Origin: Rhizaria sp. SCN 62-66
Taxonomy: Eukaryota
Reading direction: 5' to 3'
Length of the DNA: 59,563 nt
Assembly (NCBI GenBank): GCA_001724265.1
Contig: MEDY01000159.1
Location: forward strand, 1 to 59,563
Position 1 is the stretch's first letter. Every line of letters begins with the position of its first letter. This document shows positions 34,126 through 47,700 of the stretch, in pieces. The translations under genes and the position numbers were made by a program. The notes beneath the pieces were generated by a model that saw only the letters and a list, made by a program, of their open reading frames with translations, made no database searches and was not told the DNA's origin.

Positions 34126-36825
34126 AATATGGACAGCAACTCTGGTGCTCCGGCCAAAAGCACGTCTGTCCTCTCTCAGTCGCGTCTGCTCGTGCTGAAC
34201 CAAGTTATCGTGCGCCTGTTTACCTTCATCACGAACATCTTCGTGGTCCGCCGCGTCGGCGCCGCCGTCTTCGGGCTCGCGTCGGTCAACCTGTTCCTGC
34301 TATACACATCGGTCATCATCATCAGCCAGGAGGGCATCCGCAAGGCCGCCAACGCCGCCGGCTACGGCATCGGCTCAACAGTGCTGCAGTCGCAGCTCGC
34401 GCAACAGAGCGCGCAGCCCGGGGGGCCGCAGTCACTGCGTGCGCGCTCACGGTCGATCAGGGCCGCTGTGCTGGCCTCGTCGCACAACGTCGCCTGGCTG
34501 GTCCTCCCACTCGCGGTCGCGGTCGCGGGCATCGCGGTGTACCTCTACCTCAACGTCCTCCCGATGCCCTCGTTCGCGTCAAGCAGCCAGGCTCTTGAGT
34601 CCGCCGCGGCCGCCACCGCGGCCGAGTCTGCGGCTGAGGCCGAGTACCGGCTCTCGGTCTGGGCCCACGGCGCGGCCGCCGTCGTTGAGGCCGCCGCCGC
34701 GCCGCTGTACGTCTTCGCGCAGCGCCGGGGCGACTTCCGCGCGCGGCTTGTGACTGAGGCGCCCGGAAACGTGCTGCGGTGCGTCGTCACGCTCGTGCTC
34801 GCGCTGGCCGCCGCCGGCCAGAGCGGCGGCGGCCTAAACAGTGGCAGCGCGACCGGCGCCGCCGCCGTCACTGCGGCCGCGGCTGCCAGCGCGAGCGCCA
34901 GCGCTGGCGTCGGCCTCCGCGGTGGCGTTGTCCGCGCTCTGTGGTCCTGGCTCGGGGCGCTTGGCGGCAGCGGGCTGATGGCCTTCACGCTGGGGCAGCT
35001 CGCGTACTCGTGCTACTTCTGCGCCGCGTACTTCTGGATCTTCGCGCAGGCCGTGTTGCGGAACCAAAAGAAAACCGCCAAGGGTTCCGTGGGGGCAGGT
35101 GGCCGTGAGCAGCTGGAGCTGAGTGGCGACGCTAGCGACTCTGAGCTCGAGTTCATGTCCCTGCCATCGTTATTCCCCCTGCCTCCACGCATTGCTGCCG
35201 CATATGCTAACAGCAACAACAGCAACAAGCCTCGGTCTCAGTCTCAGCCGCAGTCTCAGTCGGGCAAGAGCAGCAGCAGCGGCGGTGTTGGCGCAGAGTG
35301 CAGTCTGCCGTTCTTTGACCCCAGTCTGCTGCGCGTGTGGCTCTCATTCGCCTCCCACAGCCTCGGCAAGCTCGCCGTGCAGGAGGGCGGCAACCTGCTG
35401 CTGGTCTCGTCCTCCGCGCTCTCGCCGGAGTCGATGGGGGCGATGGCGCTGGTGTCGAACCTGGGCTCCATCCCCGTGCGCATGCTCTTCCTGCCGCTCG
35501 AGGAGGCCGCGGCCGTGGGCTTCGCGCAGGCGGTGCGCGGCTACCGGGTCGCCATGGAGGGCGTCGCGCTGGCGCAGGAGCAGGAGCAGCATACGCTCGC
35601 TCTGCAACAGCAACAGCAGCAGCAGCGCGCAAAGGGCAAGGGCGGCAATAGGGGTGTTATTGTCGAGGCGGATGCTGCTGATCACGATGACATTGTTGAT
35701 CACAACAACGCGGAGAATGCTGATGACGACAATGATGATGAGAATAGCACTCTCGTCGACCGCCGCCCTGGCGCCAAGAAGTCAAGCCGCCCTTTTCCCA
35801 ACAACTCTGGCTCTGCGATCGCGAGCGCTAGTGTCATTGCGAGCGTCCCCAGTGCCGTCCCTGCGTCCGTGCTCTCAGCGGCTGCGGCGGCCTCCGAGTC
35901 CCTCTCGGCGGTGGTGTCCTCCCTGTGCACAGTCACGCGCACCGTCACGACCGTTGGAGGCGTCTTCGCGGCCTTCGGGCCCCCGCTCTCGCTGCTCGCC
36001 ATCGACCTGCTCTACGGCGCCAACTGGAGCCGGGGTGAGGCGCCCGCGTCTCTGGCGTGCTACTCGCTGCTCATTCCTGTGCTTGCGCTCAACGGCGTCG
36101 GCGAGGCCTTCGTCAACGCCGCGGCGTCGTCGCAGACCGACCTCAACCGCATCGGGACAAACATGGTTCTCTTCTCCATCGCCTACATCGCGCTCTCCGC
36201 GATGGCCATGCGGCTTGACTTCGGCGCGCGCGGTGAGATCGGCGCGAACGCGGCCAGCATGGCGCTCCGGGCCGCGGTGGCGTTCAAGTGGACGCATAGA
36301 GCGCTGATGCAGAGGCAGCGTGACATCGTCAAAGTCACGACGTACCCCGACAATGGCAAGAGCTCTAGCGTCTCTGTATCGGATGGCGACGCCAAGTCGA
36401 GTGCTACGGCGAGTGCCTCGGCTGCTCCATTGGCTGTGAGCGGCTCGTGGTGGCACAAGGCGCTGCCCAGCCGCCGCACGCTCACCTTGCTGTGCGTAGC
36501 GAGCGTCGTCCTGTGGACGCTTACGCTGACGCTGGTGATGCCGATGTGCGCCGCGCCCGTGTTCACCGCCGCCCACGGCCACTCCGGCGCTAGCCTGAAC
36601 GCTGCTGCTGGCAGCGGCGACAGCGGCAGCGGCAGTGGCAGTGACGACTGGTGGCTGTGCGACCTCTCGCAGGCCACGGCCCGAGAGAAGCTTTGGCCCT
36701 ATGCCGCCTCCGCCGCGGCGGCCGCCGTGCTGGCGCTGGCCGTGGGCTGGTCGGCCGCGCTGGACGCCGGGATGGGGCTGGGCCAGTTCGTGCGCAACCG
36801 CGGTCGAGTGGACAAGAACAAGTGA
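33919..36825 (+). CDS. RFT1: RFT1 (Man5GlcNAc2-PP-dolichol translocation protein, MOP superfamily), ~968 aa
   Basis: Motifs QVIVRLFTFITN, LLYTSVIIISQEGIRKA, SNLGSIPVRMLFLPLEE, LALNGVGEAFV, ANAASMALR. First ATG at 33919 (the track starts at an upstream GTG). Stop TGA. Confidence 0.88.
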
Positions 36826-37419
36826 GAGGCGGATTTGCGCTAAGCGGTTCGCGTTTATTATGATGTTTTAATGCAGATCTAGCCTGAGCAATGGCCACAA
36901 CAAGATGTATACATAGCGTTTAACTACTTTGTGGCAATGATCGGTGATATAGTTGATAATAGCAGTGTTGTAATGTGTATTTGTTTTCTCTTTTGCAGTG
37001 TCGTATTGCGTTTTAGTGAGTGTGTGCGTTATCATATGGCTTCTTGCTCATAGCAGAGAGCTCTTGTGCGATAACAAAGACAAGATATATAAAACTCCGA
37101 GAACAGGAATACGTGACAAGAAGAGCCAGTAGTTTACAACATGAATATTCTATTTGTTGTTTGAGAGACTGTTTTACTTACTGACAAAAGCTAGATTTTG
37201 TTGCTGTTGTTGTTGTTTTGTTCGTATTATTATGTAAAAAAGAAAAGAATGTGAAGGTTCTTTTGTTTAAATATTCGAAGAAATACCGGCCCTCTAAACC
37301 CGACACAGATACACATCGTAACGTTTTACTATTATGAAGCTTGTTGTTAGTCATAGTGTGTCTGCCAAAGGTCGAGAGCGAAGCACTACTTACACGGTTG
37401 AATAATGTAAGAGGGGTAC

Positions 37420-38877
37420 TTAGTTCTTCTTGGTCTCGTACTCGGCGTCGACGACGTTCTCCTTCTCCTTGCCCGCATCAGAGCTGGAGGAGGAGGAGGA
37501 GCTGGAGCTCGAGTTGCCCTTGTTCTTGTACACGGCCTCGCCGATCTTGGTGGCGGCCTTGTTGAGGGCCTCAAGGGCGGGCTTGAGCGCGTCCATGTCC
37601 TCGTTATTGACGGCAGCGCGGGCCTTCTCGATGGCCTCGTTGACGTGGGTGACGGTGGCCTCGTCGCAGGCAGCCTTGTGCTCGTTGAGCGACTTCTCAG
37701 TGTTGAAGATGAGCGTCTCGGCCTGGTTCTTGTTCTCGGCGAACTCCTTGCGCTTGATGTCGTCGTCCTGGAAACGCTCGGCGTCCTGCACCATGCGCTC
37801 CATGTCCTCCTTGCTCAGGCCGCCGGACGAGGCGATCGTGATGGCCTGCTCCTTGCCGGTCGCCTTGTCGCGCGCGGAGACGTTGACGATGCCGGAGGCG
37901 TCGATGTCGAAGGTGACCTCGATCTGGGGGGTGCCGCGGGCCGCGGGGGGGATGCCGACGAGGTCGAACTCGCCGAGCATCTTGTTGTCGCCGGCCATGG
38001 GGCGCTCACCCTGGAGGACCTTAATGCCGACCTGCGTCTGGTTGTCGGACGCCGTAGAGAAGACCTGGGACTTCTTGGTGGGGATCGTGGTGTTGCGGTT
38101 GATGAGCTTGGTGAAGACGCCGCCGAGGGTCTCGATACCGAGCGAGAGCGGGGTGACGTCGAGCAGCAGCACGTCGGACACGTTGCCACGGATGACACCG
38201 CCCTGGATGGCGGCGCCGGCGGCGACGACCTCGTCGGGGTTGACGCTCTTGTTGGGGGCCTTGCCGAAGAACTTCTCGACCTGGGCGTGGAGCTTGGGCC
38301 AGCGGGTCATGCCGCCGACAAGCACGACCTCGTCGATGTCCTTCTTGCCGATGCCGGAGTCCTTGATGCAGTTCTCGCAGGGAGGGAACGTCTTCTGGAG
38401 CAGGGCGTCAGTGAGGTTGTCGTGCTGCGCGCGGGTAAGCTTGATGAGCATGTGCTTGGGGCCGTTGGCGTCGGCGGTGATGAAGGGAAGGTTGATCTCG
38501 GTCGCCGTGGAGTGGGCAAGCTCGATCTTGGCCTTCTCGGCGGCCTCGCGGATGCGCTGGAGCGCGAGCGTGTCCTTGCTAAGGTCGATGCCGTCGGACT
38601 TCTTGTACTCCTTGAGGAGGAAGTCGACGAGCAGAGCATCGAAGTCCTCGCCACCGAGGTGGGTGTCACCGTTGGTGGCCTTGACCTCGAACACACCGGA
38701 CTGGATCTCGAGGATCGACACGTCGAAAGTGCCGCCGCCGAGGTCGTAGACAGCGATGACCTGGCCGTCCTTGCGGTCGAGGCCGTAGGCGAGAGCGGCG
38801 GCGGTGGGCTCGTTGAGGATGCGGCGCACATTCAGGCCGGCGATCTTACCGGCGTCCTTGGTGGCCTGACGCTGGGC

Positions 38878-38910
<33 letters not shown>

Positions 38911-39675
38911 CTCGGTGACCTTGCGCGAGAGGTAGTCCTCGGCGGTGGACTTCATCTTCATCAGAACGAAAGCGCCGACCTGCGAGGGGGAGTACTTCTT
39001 GCCGTGCGCCTCGACCCAGGCGTCGCCGTTGCCCGCGGCAACGATCTTGTAGGGGGAGGTCTTGATGTCCTTCTGGGTCGCGGGGTCGTCGTAGCGGCGG
39101 CCGATGAGGCGCTTGACGGCAAAGAAGGTGCCGGCAGGGTTCTGGACGGCCTGGCGACGCGCGGGGGCGCCGACGAGCATCTCGCCGGACTCGGTGAAAG
39201 CCACGGTCGAAGGGGTCGTGCGGGCACCCTCGGAGTTCTCGATGATGCGGTAGTTCTTGCCTTCCATGATGGCGACGCACGAGTTGGTGGTGCCGAGGTC
39301 GACGCCGATGATGTCGCCCTGCGAGGGCGCGGTGACGGAAGAGGCGCGGAGGGGGATCGACACCGCAGCCTGCGAAAACAAAACAAATCATCAAACAACG
39401 AAAAGAAGAAGAAAGAGAATGGTCGAAGAAGGTGAGATTATATGTTCGGATGATATAATGGAGCTGATGATAGAGAGCAATTGAGGCGAGAATGTGCGAG
39501 TCTTGGACTCCGCACCTGGAGAGGGGCAGGGCCGGCGCAATGCACAAATTTGGAGACGCAAATGCGCAGCATAAGGCGTGATACATAGATAGGGATGGAG
39601 ATCTAGAAGTGGGGAAAGACATACCTTAAGGCCGGGCGCAACCTTCGTGGCCTTGGAAGCGAAACGAGAGAGCAT
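37420..39675 (-). CDS. HSPA9: Mitochondrial Hsp70 (DnaK-type, SSC1/mortalin ortholog); 2 exons, ~666 aa
   Basis: Exons 39675-39625 and 39369-37420. Basic, acid-free presequence [25 protein letters not shown]. Motifs [78 protein letters not shown]. No EEVD or KDEL terminus. Stop TAA. Confidence 0.96.
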
Positions 39676-40669
39676 CTACTCAAGTCGGGGATTGGGTGAA
39701 ACACGGCAGGTGCAGAGTGGTGAACAAGACGAAATGTGCGACGCAGCGAATCGCGCAGGGAAACAGAAAATAATAGACGGGAAGATGCGCTATAGAATTA
39801 CCAAGTAATGAGCACTGATCGGGGCAGTACGTCCTTCTTGCATCAAGACGGCCATAAGTCCGAGGCTGCCCGACCGAGTTTGCGGAGGTTCTCGAAACCA
39901 ACCTGCGGCTTGACTTAACCCATATGAGCACAGAACAGCACTTTGCGCTAAACACGTAACTGATATCCGCAGAACCAAAGTGAAAACTTATTTTATGCTA
40001 CATTATCTAGTATGTACACTTGGTTGCAAAGCATTAGACAAGTCATGGCATGCGCAGATCGAGGAGGAAGTGGAAACCTTTTCGTTTAGTGGTGGAATCT
40101 TTTTTGCGAACTGGTGACTGGCCAACCAATCCACCACCAACCACCACAACAACGAAATCTTCTGCCAGTTTGCCACTGCAGACACTAGTTCGACAGCTCT
40201 ATCCCCGATGATGCATGTATAATTACGCCAATAAGTTAAACTTGGAGCATTGTATGACTCAGTATGGCTGATGTGTTTACTGTCGGAGAAACCAGACTGT
40301 ATTTTTGCACTTTAGAGGCATCTCTCTTGCGGTTCTCTGGTGTGATCTGTCAGTCTCACATTGTTCTCGATAGAACCATAACAACGGCCCTGAATACCCC
40401 CATGACACTACCAGCGCATCACCACACTTTTTTGTACTGAACACCGTACTCTTACTCCGATTTTGACTTGCTCTGTCTCCCAACCGCATTTCCTGGAACA
40501 CATAGAGTAACTTAACTCTCTGTCTCTCTCAAGCCCCTCTCAGCCCTCTCGTTTCATCCCGCGCAGCCGCAGCCGCTCTCGTGCTGCCCCCCATGCCGTA
40601 CTAAACAGGGCGCTGCCCCAACTCTCTGACTCACAAACAAGTCGGCTTGCAAGTTCGACACATCACACC

Positions 40670-43571
40670 ATGAGCAACCTCAACAACAGTCACAGCTCGC
40701 ATCAGCAGCAGCAGCAGCAACGCCAGCATGTCCACCGACACAGCGTCAGCAGCGGCAGCGGCGGTGGCGGCGGCCTGCCCCCGCAGCCGCTGTCACCGAC
40801 CAGCTCCGACTCCGGCGACGGCGACGGCGACAGCGATGACTGCGGCACCTTCACTCCCCTGCCGCTGCCGCTGCTGCTGGCCACCTCCCCTATCGCCGGC
40901 AACAGCGCGGGCCACGACCTCGCCAGCGGTGGCAGTGGCTTCAAGGGCGCTACTGGTGGCGCCGCGGCGGGTAGGGGCGCCGGCGGTGTCAGTACCTCGG
41001 GTGTAAGTACCTCAGGTCTCAGCACACGCTTGCACTACACTTCGTCGCCCTTAGCACTGCCGCTGCCGCTGCCGCTGCCTTCACACGGTCACTCTGCTGC
41101 CCACGGCCACGGCCTCGGCCACAGTGGCAGCAGCCACACGAACAGCACGGGCGACAGCAATGCGCCGCCAGGGTACTTACACGCGGGGTACTTACATCGG
41201 GCCGCAGCCTCGCCAGCAGGTTCAGCGATCTCAGTCACGTCGTCCTCATCGTTCCACTCTGCAATTGGTCCCAGTCCCGCACTCCACGCAACGCCGGTCG
41301 ACATCGCCGCTAGCACCAGCAGCAGTAGCAGCAGCTCCGCAGCAGCAGCAGCAGTGGCGGCGGCGGCGGCGGCAGCGGCAGTCAGTGGGTCATCGTCGCA
41401 TTTGCACTCTTATCTGTACACGAAGCCTCAGCAGCCGACCCACTTCGGGCCTGGCTTCAGCCCCCATCTGACTCCGGCGCTGGCCCCGCTGCACTCAGTG
41501 GCGCCCCTCAGCCTCAGTCTCGGGCAAGCTCAGTCGCACTCCCAGCCGCATATCCGCACGCACTCGCCTCTCATGCATGCCTCGCAGTCCCAGTCCCTGT
41601 TGCAGTCCCAGCCGCAGCTGCAATCGCATTCATTGTCGTCGCACGCACAGAGTATCCACGGCGCCATCACAGTCAATAGCCCGAGTCCGAGCTCCCTTGG
41701 CCACACTGGCACTTCAGGCACCGCGTTGTTCAACCGGTTTGGCCCCATCAGCAACACGAGCAACCCGAACAAGACGGTTGTATCGTGTTCTAGCCTGTTC
41801 AGCAACAATAACAATAACAATAACAATAACAACAACAACAGTGCTAATGCGAGTAGTGACATGTGTGTGCCGCTGCCGCTGCCGCAGTCGCTGTTGACTG
41901 AGCAGGAGTCGCACAACACCAATAGCAGCCAGAACAACACGGCCGCGGCGACGACAATGGTGAGCGCCGCCCACAGCGCGCAAAGCGTCGTGATGAGTGT
42001 CAACAATACGCAGAATATCAACCTCGGTGCTGGTGGTGGTGGAACGGCATTCACGAGGACGCACACTCCTGAGTCAAGTGTTACCGGTGCACACGACCCG
42101 GACGATCGCAATAACAACAACAATAACACTATCAACAACATGACTGCAAATAATGACGCGAATCATGCCGACGTGAACACAGGTGACACGGCTGCTGCTG
42201 CTGCTGCTGCGGCTAATACTGCTGCTGCTGCTGGGGTAACACGTGGCAATGCGAGCGGCCTTGCTCCCGGCTATCTAAGTACCCGCAGCGCGTCATCGGT
42301 GAATCTAAGTGGCCATGCCAGTACCCAGGCCGCTTTGTCAGTCCCGTGGCGGACCCGCGAGCCTCTCCACCTGCCCTCCGCCTTTTCACTCAACAGCAAC
42401 GTCCACAGCAACTTCACCTTGAACAGCAAAACAAACGCGCTTCTGTCGCCTGCCGGCGTCGGCGTCGGCTTGGCGGCTGCGACCAAGGCCACTGCCCCTG
42501 GTGTTGCTCTGAACAGCAGCAATAGTAACCTGCGCACGCACAGCTTGTCCCGCGCGAGCACGACCGGGTTCGCCGCTGCCCATTCGCTGGAGAGAGTCAA
42601 GCCGGGCCACAGCCTCTCTGCCACCAGCGCCGCGGCCGGTGCGAATGCTCTTGCGAGTGCTTCTCACGGCCACGGCCACGCCCCGAGCCATAGCAACAGC
42701 AGCAACAACCTCGCCGGCATCCTGAGCGCCGACGGTCTCGGCGGGCTCGCGGCCGGCACGCCCCCCGGCCCTAGCCCCAGCCCGAGTCCCCTGTCGCCGG
42801 TGTCGGAGCCCCAAACGCAGTCAGACGCGCTGTCCGTATCGCGCTCGCAGCTGCAGAGCTCGCCGCAGAAACAGCACCTGCAGCTGACTCAGCAGCAGCT
42901 TCAGCAGTCGCCGTCGAGGGGCAGCCTGAGCCACGGGCACAACGGCAATCTGATCGACAGTTTGAGTGGCGTCACGCTGCCGCTGCTGCTGCGGCCCTCC
43001 TCGGTCGCGAGCAGCACCACCAGCGCAAGCACCAACGTGACCAGCGCCAACGCAAACGCACACGTGAATGCGAACATGTGCAATAGCGCTGCGACGAATG
43101 CGGCGGCGACTGCTCCGAACACTGGGAACGTGTTGATGGTGGAGTCTGCTTTAGTCTCCACGGTGAACCCGGCGCTTTCCAGTCTAAGTACCTTCGGAAC
43201 GCGCGCCCGCTCACAGTCACTGAGCAGCGGCAGTGCGTATGTAAGTACCCCAGTCGGCCTCGTCCCCTTACCTTCGCCTTTTTCCGTACCACCGACCTCT
43301 CAGGGGCACTTACCCCCCGTGAGGCCCTTACATGGTCTAAGTATCACGAGCAGCCATGCGTTGAGTTCACAGTCCTTCAACCACGAACAACAACAGCAGC
43401 AGCGGCAACAACAGCAGGAGCAAGAGCAGCTCGATGGCGAGCAGCAGCAACAGCTGCAGTCGCTGACAGTATCGCAGTCAGTACCGCATTCACAGTCGAT
43501 GGTGCAGTCGTTTGTGTTGCCCGCACCGACGTTCACGCAATCGCACAGCAACACCACGAACAACAGCAGCC

Positions 43572-43602
<31 letters not shown>

Positions 43603-44680
43603 TACCCACGCTGACAACGACAACGACAATGCTAATGACGCCAACAAGCTCTTGTCTGACTCGCAATCCCAGTCACAGTTTGCGCAGGTACAGGTACGGC
43701 CACGGTTGACGCCGACGACAGTGGAAGACGTCGTGTACAGCATGGGCATCGCCGACTCCGCCGCCGCCGCGGTGGCCGACTATAAGGCGATGGCCGGGGG
43801 GTACTTAGTCGGTGACAGCGCTCTCTTCGCCCCTTACATCGACGTCGAGGGCCCTTACACCACAGGCCATCAACAAGGCGGTAGTTTGCTCATGGATAAG
43901 AATAGGAAAACACAGCTCTATTTCTACGACCCGACTCTGAAGACGGCTCACGCAAACTCTAGGAGTGTCACGACGACGAATGCCGACTCGAAGCCTGACT
44001 CTGACCTTAAGTCGGAGGCAGAGAGTGACACAGAGTCCGACACAACGGCCGCGGTCAGCAGCACCGACAACGACACCGGCGATGACATTCACGGCCATGT
44101 GTGCTTGTGCGAGAACGACACCGGCGTCGACGACGACGTCGTCCTCGTCCTCGCCCGACTCGCAGCCGCCGCGGGGCTCCTCACCCTCACCGCGTCCAAG
44201 CAGGCGCCCGGGCCGTCGCAGGCGTCTAAGGGGGTACTTACCAGATTTGCGACGGCGCGCGACGTGCTGGCGCTGGTGCGCGGCATCATGTGCGGCGATT
44301 GCGAGCAGTTCGGCGCCCTCATCCTGGACCACTGCAGCGGCGGAGCGGGCGCGCCGCCAGTGCTGCTGCTGGACGAGCGGGTGACTGTGATCGCGCAGAG
44401 CGGCACCAACGCGGACAACGGCAACGGCGACGGCGACGGAGATAGTAACAGCAATGATGTGAACGACAACGCTGATGCTGCTGGCTCCGACAAAGTCCGT
44501 GTTCAATCGGATATTAGCCGTGGTGATCGAATTAACGATGCCCACGTGGGCACAGCGCCTCATACGGACCACTCAAGTGGCGACGGCGACAACGACGGCG
44601 AGACTGATACGGTCCCCATCCTCGTCGCTGGCCCCACTGCAAAACCCACGGTGACTGCTGCTGCTAGCTATAACAACAGC

Positions 44681-44717
<37 letters not shown>

Positions 44718-47700
44718 GAAACACGATTGCGGCTAGCAATCTTAGCTCGAGTTCAAGCTCGAGCAGCAGCAGCAGCGCTTTAGGACTCAGCCTCAGCCTC
44801 AGCATCGACACTGAAGCAGACAACCCGCCTAGCAGCAACAGCAACAACAACACCACGAACAGAGCCAATGCCAACCCCAGCGCCACTGCCAACCCGCATG
44901 CAACTGCTCCTGCGAACGCGAGTGCAAGTGCAACCTCCAGCGCAAACGGCGGTAGCGGTGGCTTCAACAGCGGCGCATACCTGATCCTGTCCCCGACTGC
45001 GGTCACTGCGGCCACCGCTGGCACCTCGTTTAGCTTCGGCGTATCCCCAGTCTCCGCTTCGGTCCCCGCGTCCGCGCCCGTCCCCGCGAAGTTGTCCTCC
45101 ACTGGCGCCGCCGGGTCTGGCTGCAACAGCCCCAGTAGCAACGCCAGTGCGAATGCTAGTGTTGGCGCAAACTCTCGCACCAAATCGAATGCGAGCGTGA
45201 ATGTGAGGGGTTTCTCTACGTTTGCTACTGCGGGCCCGCCTGGCTCTGCCGGCGCCGGGGGCAGTCTAAGTACCCCGGGACAGTTTGTAAGTACCCCCGC
45301 GCCGTATCTAAGTGGGCACAGTGGGTTTCTCTCCCCGGTCGCAATTGCGGCTGCCGCCGCCGTCAACAACAGTAATGCCGCCAACTCCAGCGCGGGCAGT
45401 GGCTGCAGCGGTCTGAGCAACAGCAATGTACCGAGCGCGGCGCTCTGCAGCAGCAACATGTCCCTCAGCCGCACCGCGACAGCCGCGAGCCTGTTCGCAT
45501 CGCTCGTCGCCGCAGGCACCAACATCGCCAACACGCAGTCAGCCACGGGCGTCACGGCAGCCGCTGCTGCCGCTGCTGCCGCCGCCGCGAACGCGAGCGC
45601 GAGCGCCAACGGCGGCGTCATCGATGGCGTGAGCGCGACTGGCTTCGGCCCCGGCTTTGCGCCCACTAGCAGCGCGAGCGCCAGTGCCAGCGCCAGCGCC
45701 AGTGCGCTGTACAGCTCCAGTCCGATGTCCAATGCCAGCAGCGTTCACAACGCCAACGCTCCTGTCAACTCGAGTGCAAATGCGAGCGCGAGTGGCAATA
45801 CTCTGAATGCGCTTGTGAGTACGAGTGGCATGAGTCTGAGTGTAAGTGGTCCCGGGCTGAATCTAAGTACCCCCTGTCTAAGTACCCCGTCTCTAAGTAC
45901 CCCGGCCCTCGGTGGTCCTGCGCCGCCCGCGCGCGCTCGCGTGCAAGCCTCGCCGACAGCAAGCTCGCACAACAGCACCTTGAACAGCAGCGACGCCGCC
46001 AGAGCGAACACTGGCGCAAACGCGGCTGTACACGGCGACGGGGGTCGCGTTGCCAGTGGCAGTGACAACATCGGCGGTGTCCGCGCGAGCAGAAGCTCGA
46101 TTCAGTTGTCTGCTGTAAGCCCGCAAACAGTGACCACGTCATCGTTGGCTCAGTCGGGCGGTGGCAAAGCTAAGCCGAACTTACCCTGCCCCGCGCCGCT
46201 GCCTCCAAGTGCTAAGAGCAAGACTCCTGCCAGTGCCGCAACGACTACCACTGGCGCTTTCCCTGTCAGCCTCGATGCCCCTGCACCGATCGCGATTCCC
46301 GGGGCCTCGCTTAACGGCAACGGCAACGGCAACGACAGCAATGACAGCAACAGCAGCAACGATACTGTCAATGCGAATGCAATCGCGAATGTCAGTGTCA
46401 ACGACGACGACAACCGTCACACGGCAAGTATCGGCGATAGCAATACGAGCCATGACGCGGACACACTGTCTCCTCTCGGCGGCGGCCTAACTTCACCGCG
46501 CGGCTTAACTTCGCAGCCGCAGGACCTCACTTACCTCATCGCTCGCGCGATCGCAGCCATCCCCCCTATCAACCCCACCGTCAGCAACACCAACGCCACG
46601 AACGTGAACTGCGTTTCCAACGGCAATACCGCTTGCCTGAGTCCCCCCGCCTCCGCCGACGCCGACGCCACCGCCGCCCCCTCGGCCGTCAGTCTAAGTA
46701 CCCCCTTAGCGCACACGCCCTCGGTGCTGGACTGTCTGCTCTGCGGCGCGGCCGAGGCGCAGGGCGGGCGGCCGCAGCTTGAGGACGAGCACAGCGTGAT
46801 CCTGCCCTTCCGCTCGCTCACGCACCTGGTCTTCGCGCTGTCGCCCGCGGAGGCGCTCGGCCATGGGGGGCTGCTGCGCGGCGGGGTCGTGCCCAGCATG
46901 GAGCCGGAGACGTGGCTCATTACCAGCGGTCAAAGTAACAGCAATAGCAGTGCGTTTATGAGCGCAAACACCTTGTCTAGTAGCAACAACACAAGCGAAA
47001 CCAAGGAAACCGAGGGCAACGACGAGGATGCGGCTCAAAGCGCCGGCTCTGTGCTGGCGCAAGCAGCTCGCCACCTCAACCTCAACGACACTGAGGGCGA
47101 CGACACGCCCACTGCGACAACTATCACCACAGCATCATATGCGCCCACGATCGCTAGCCCTGGCAACGCTAGCCCTATCAACGCTAGCTCGAGCAACGCT
47201 AGCGCAACTCTCGTGTCGTCACCGCCAATTCCCCCTGTTGCGGCCTCGCCTGCTGCGGCCTTGCCTGTAGCGGCGAACGCCCTCGTGGCGGCTCTCGCCG
47301 ACCCCGCCTACGCGCTCGTGCTCGGCGCGTCCTCTCTGTTTGCCGTCTACGACGGCCACTGCGGTCGGTCCGCGGCCAGCTTCCTCAAGTCGCTGCTGCC
47401 GCTGCACATCGCGCTGCACCTGCGGCACGCGCCGCGCAACGTGCCCGCCGCGCTGCGCAGGGCCTTCCTGCAGGTTGACGCGCTCTGGCTGGCTGCGCAG
47501 ACGATGCTGGCCACGAAGCAGGAGCGCGACAGGCAAATCGAGCTTTTTTTGGAGCATGAGCAGCAGAAGCACGTTGCACGGACGCTCCTCCAAGAGGAGC
47601 AAGAGCGAAACCAGTCGAACTCTGTGAACGCGAAGACTCATGCCGCGGCGGCAGCGGGCTCACAGGCCAACATCGCGGCGCTGCGGCTGTCGCGCTCGCA

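Noticed and set aside
37430-39435. Long plus-strand ORFs (439 and 596 aa) antisense to Hsp70
   Set aside because: Antisense ORFs are a well-known by-product of strong codon bias in hsp70/dnaK genes, and these have no independent motifs.
45863-45903. CRISPR-like or telomeric interpretation of the CTAAGTACCCC repeats
   Set aside because: The units are 11 bp with 4-bp spacers inside a eukaryotic exon. There are no cas genes and no long perfect tandem array.
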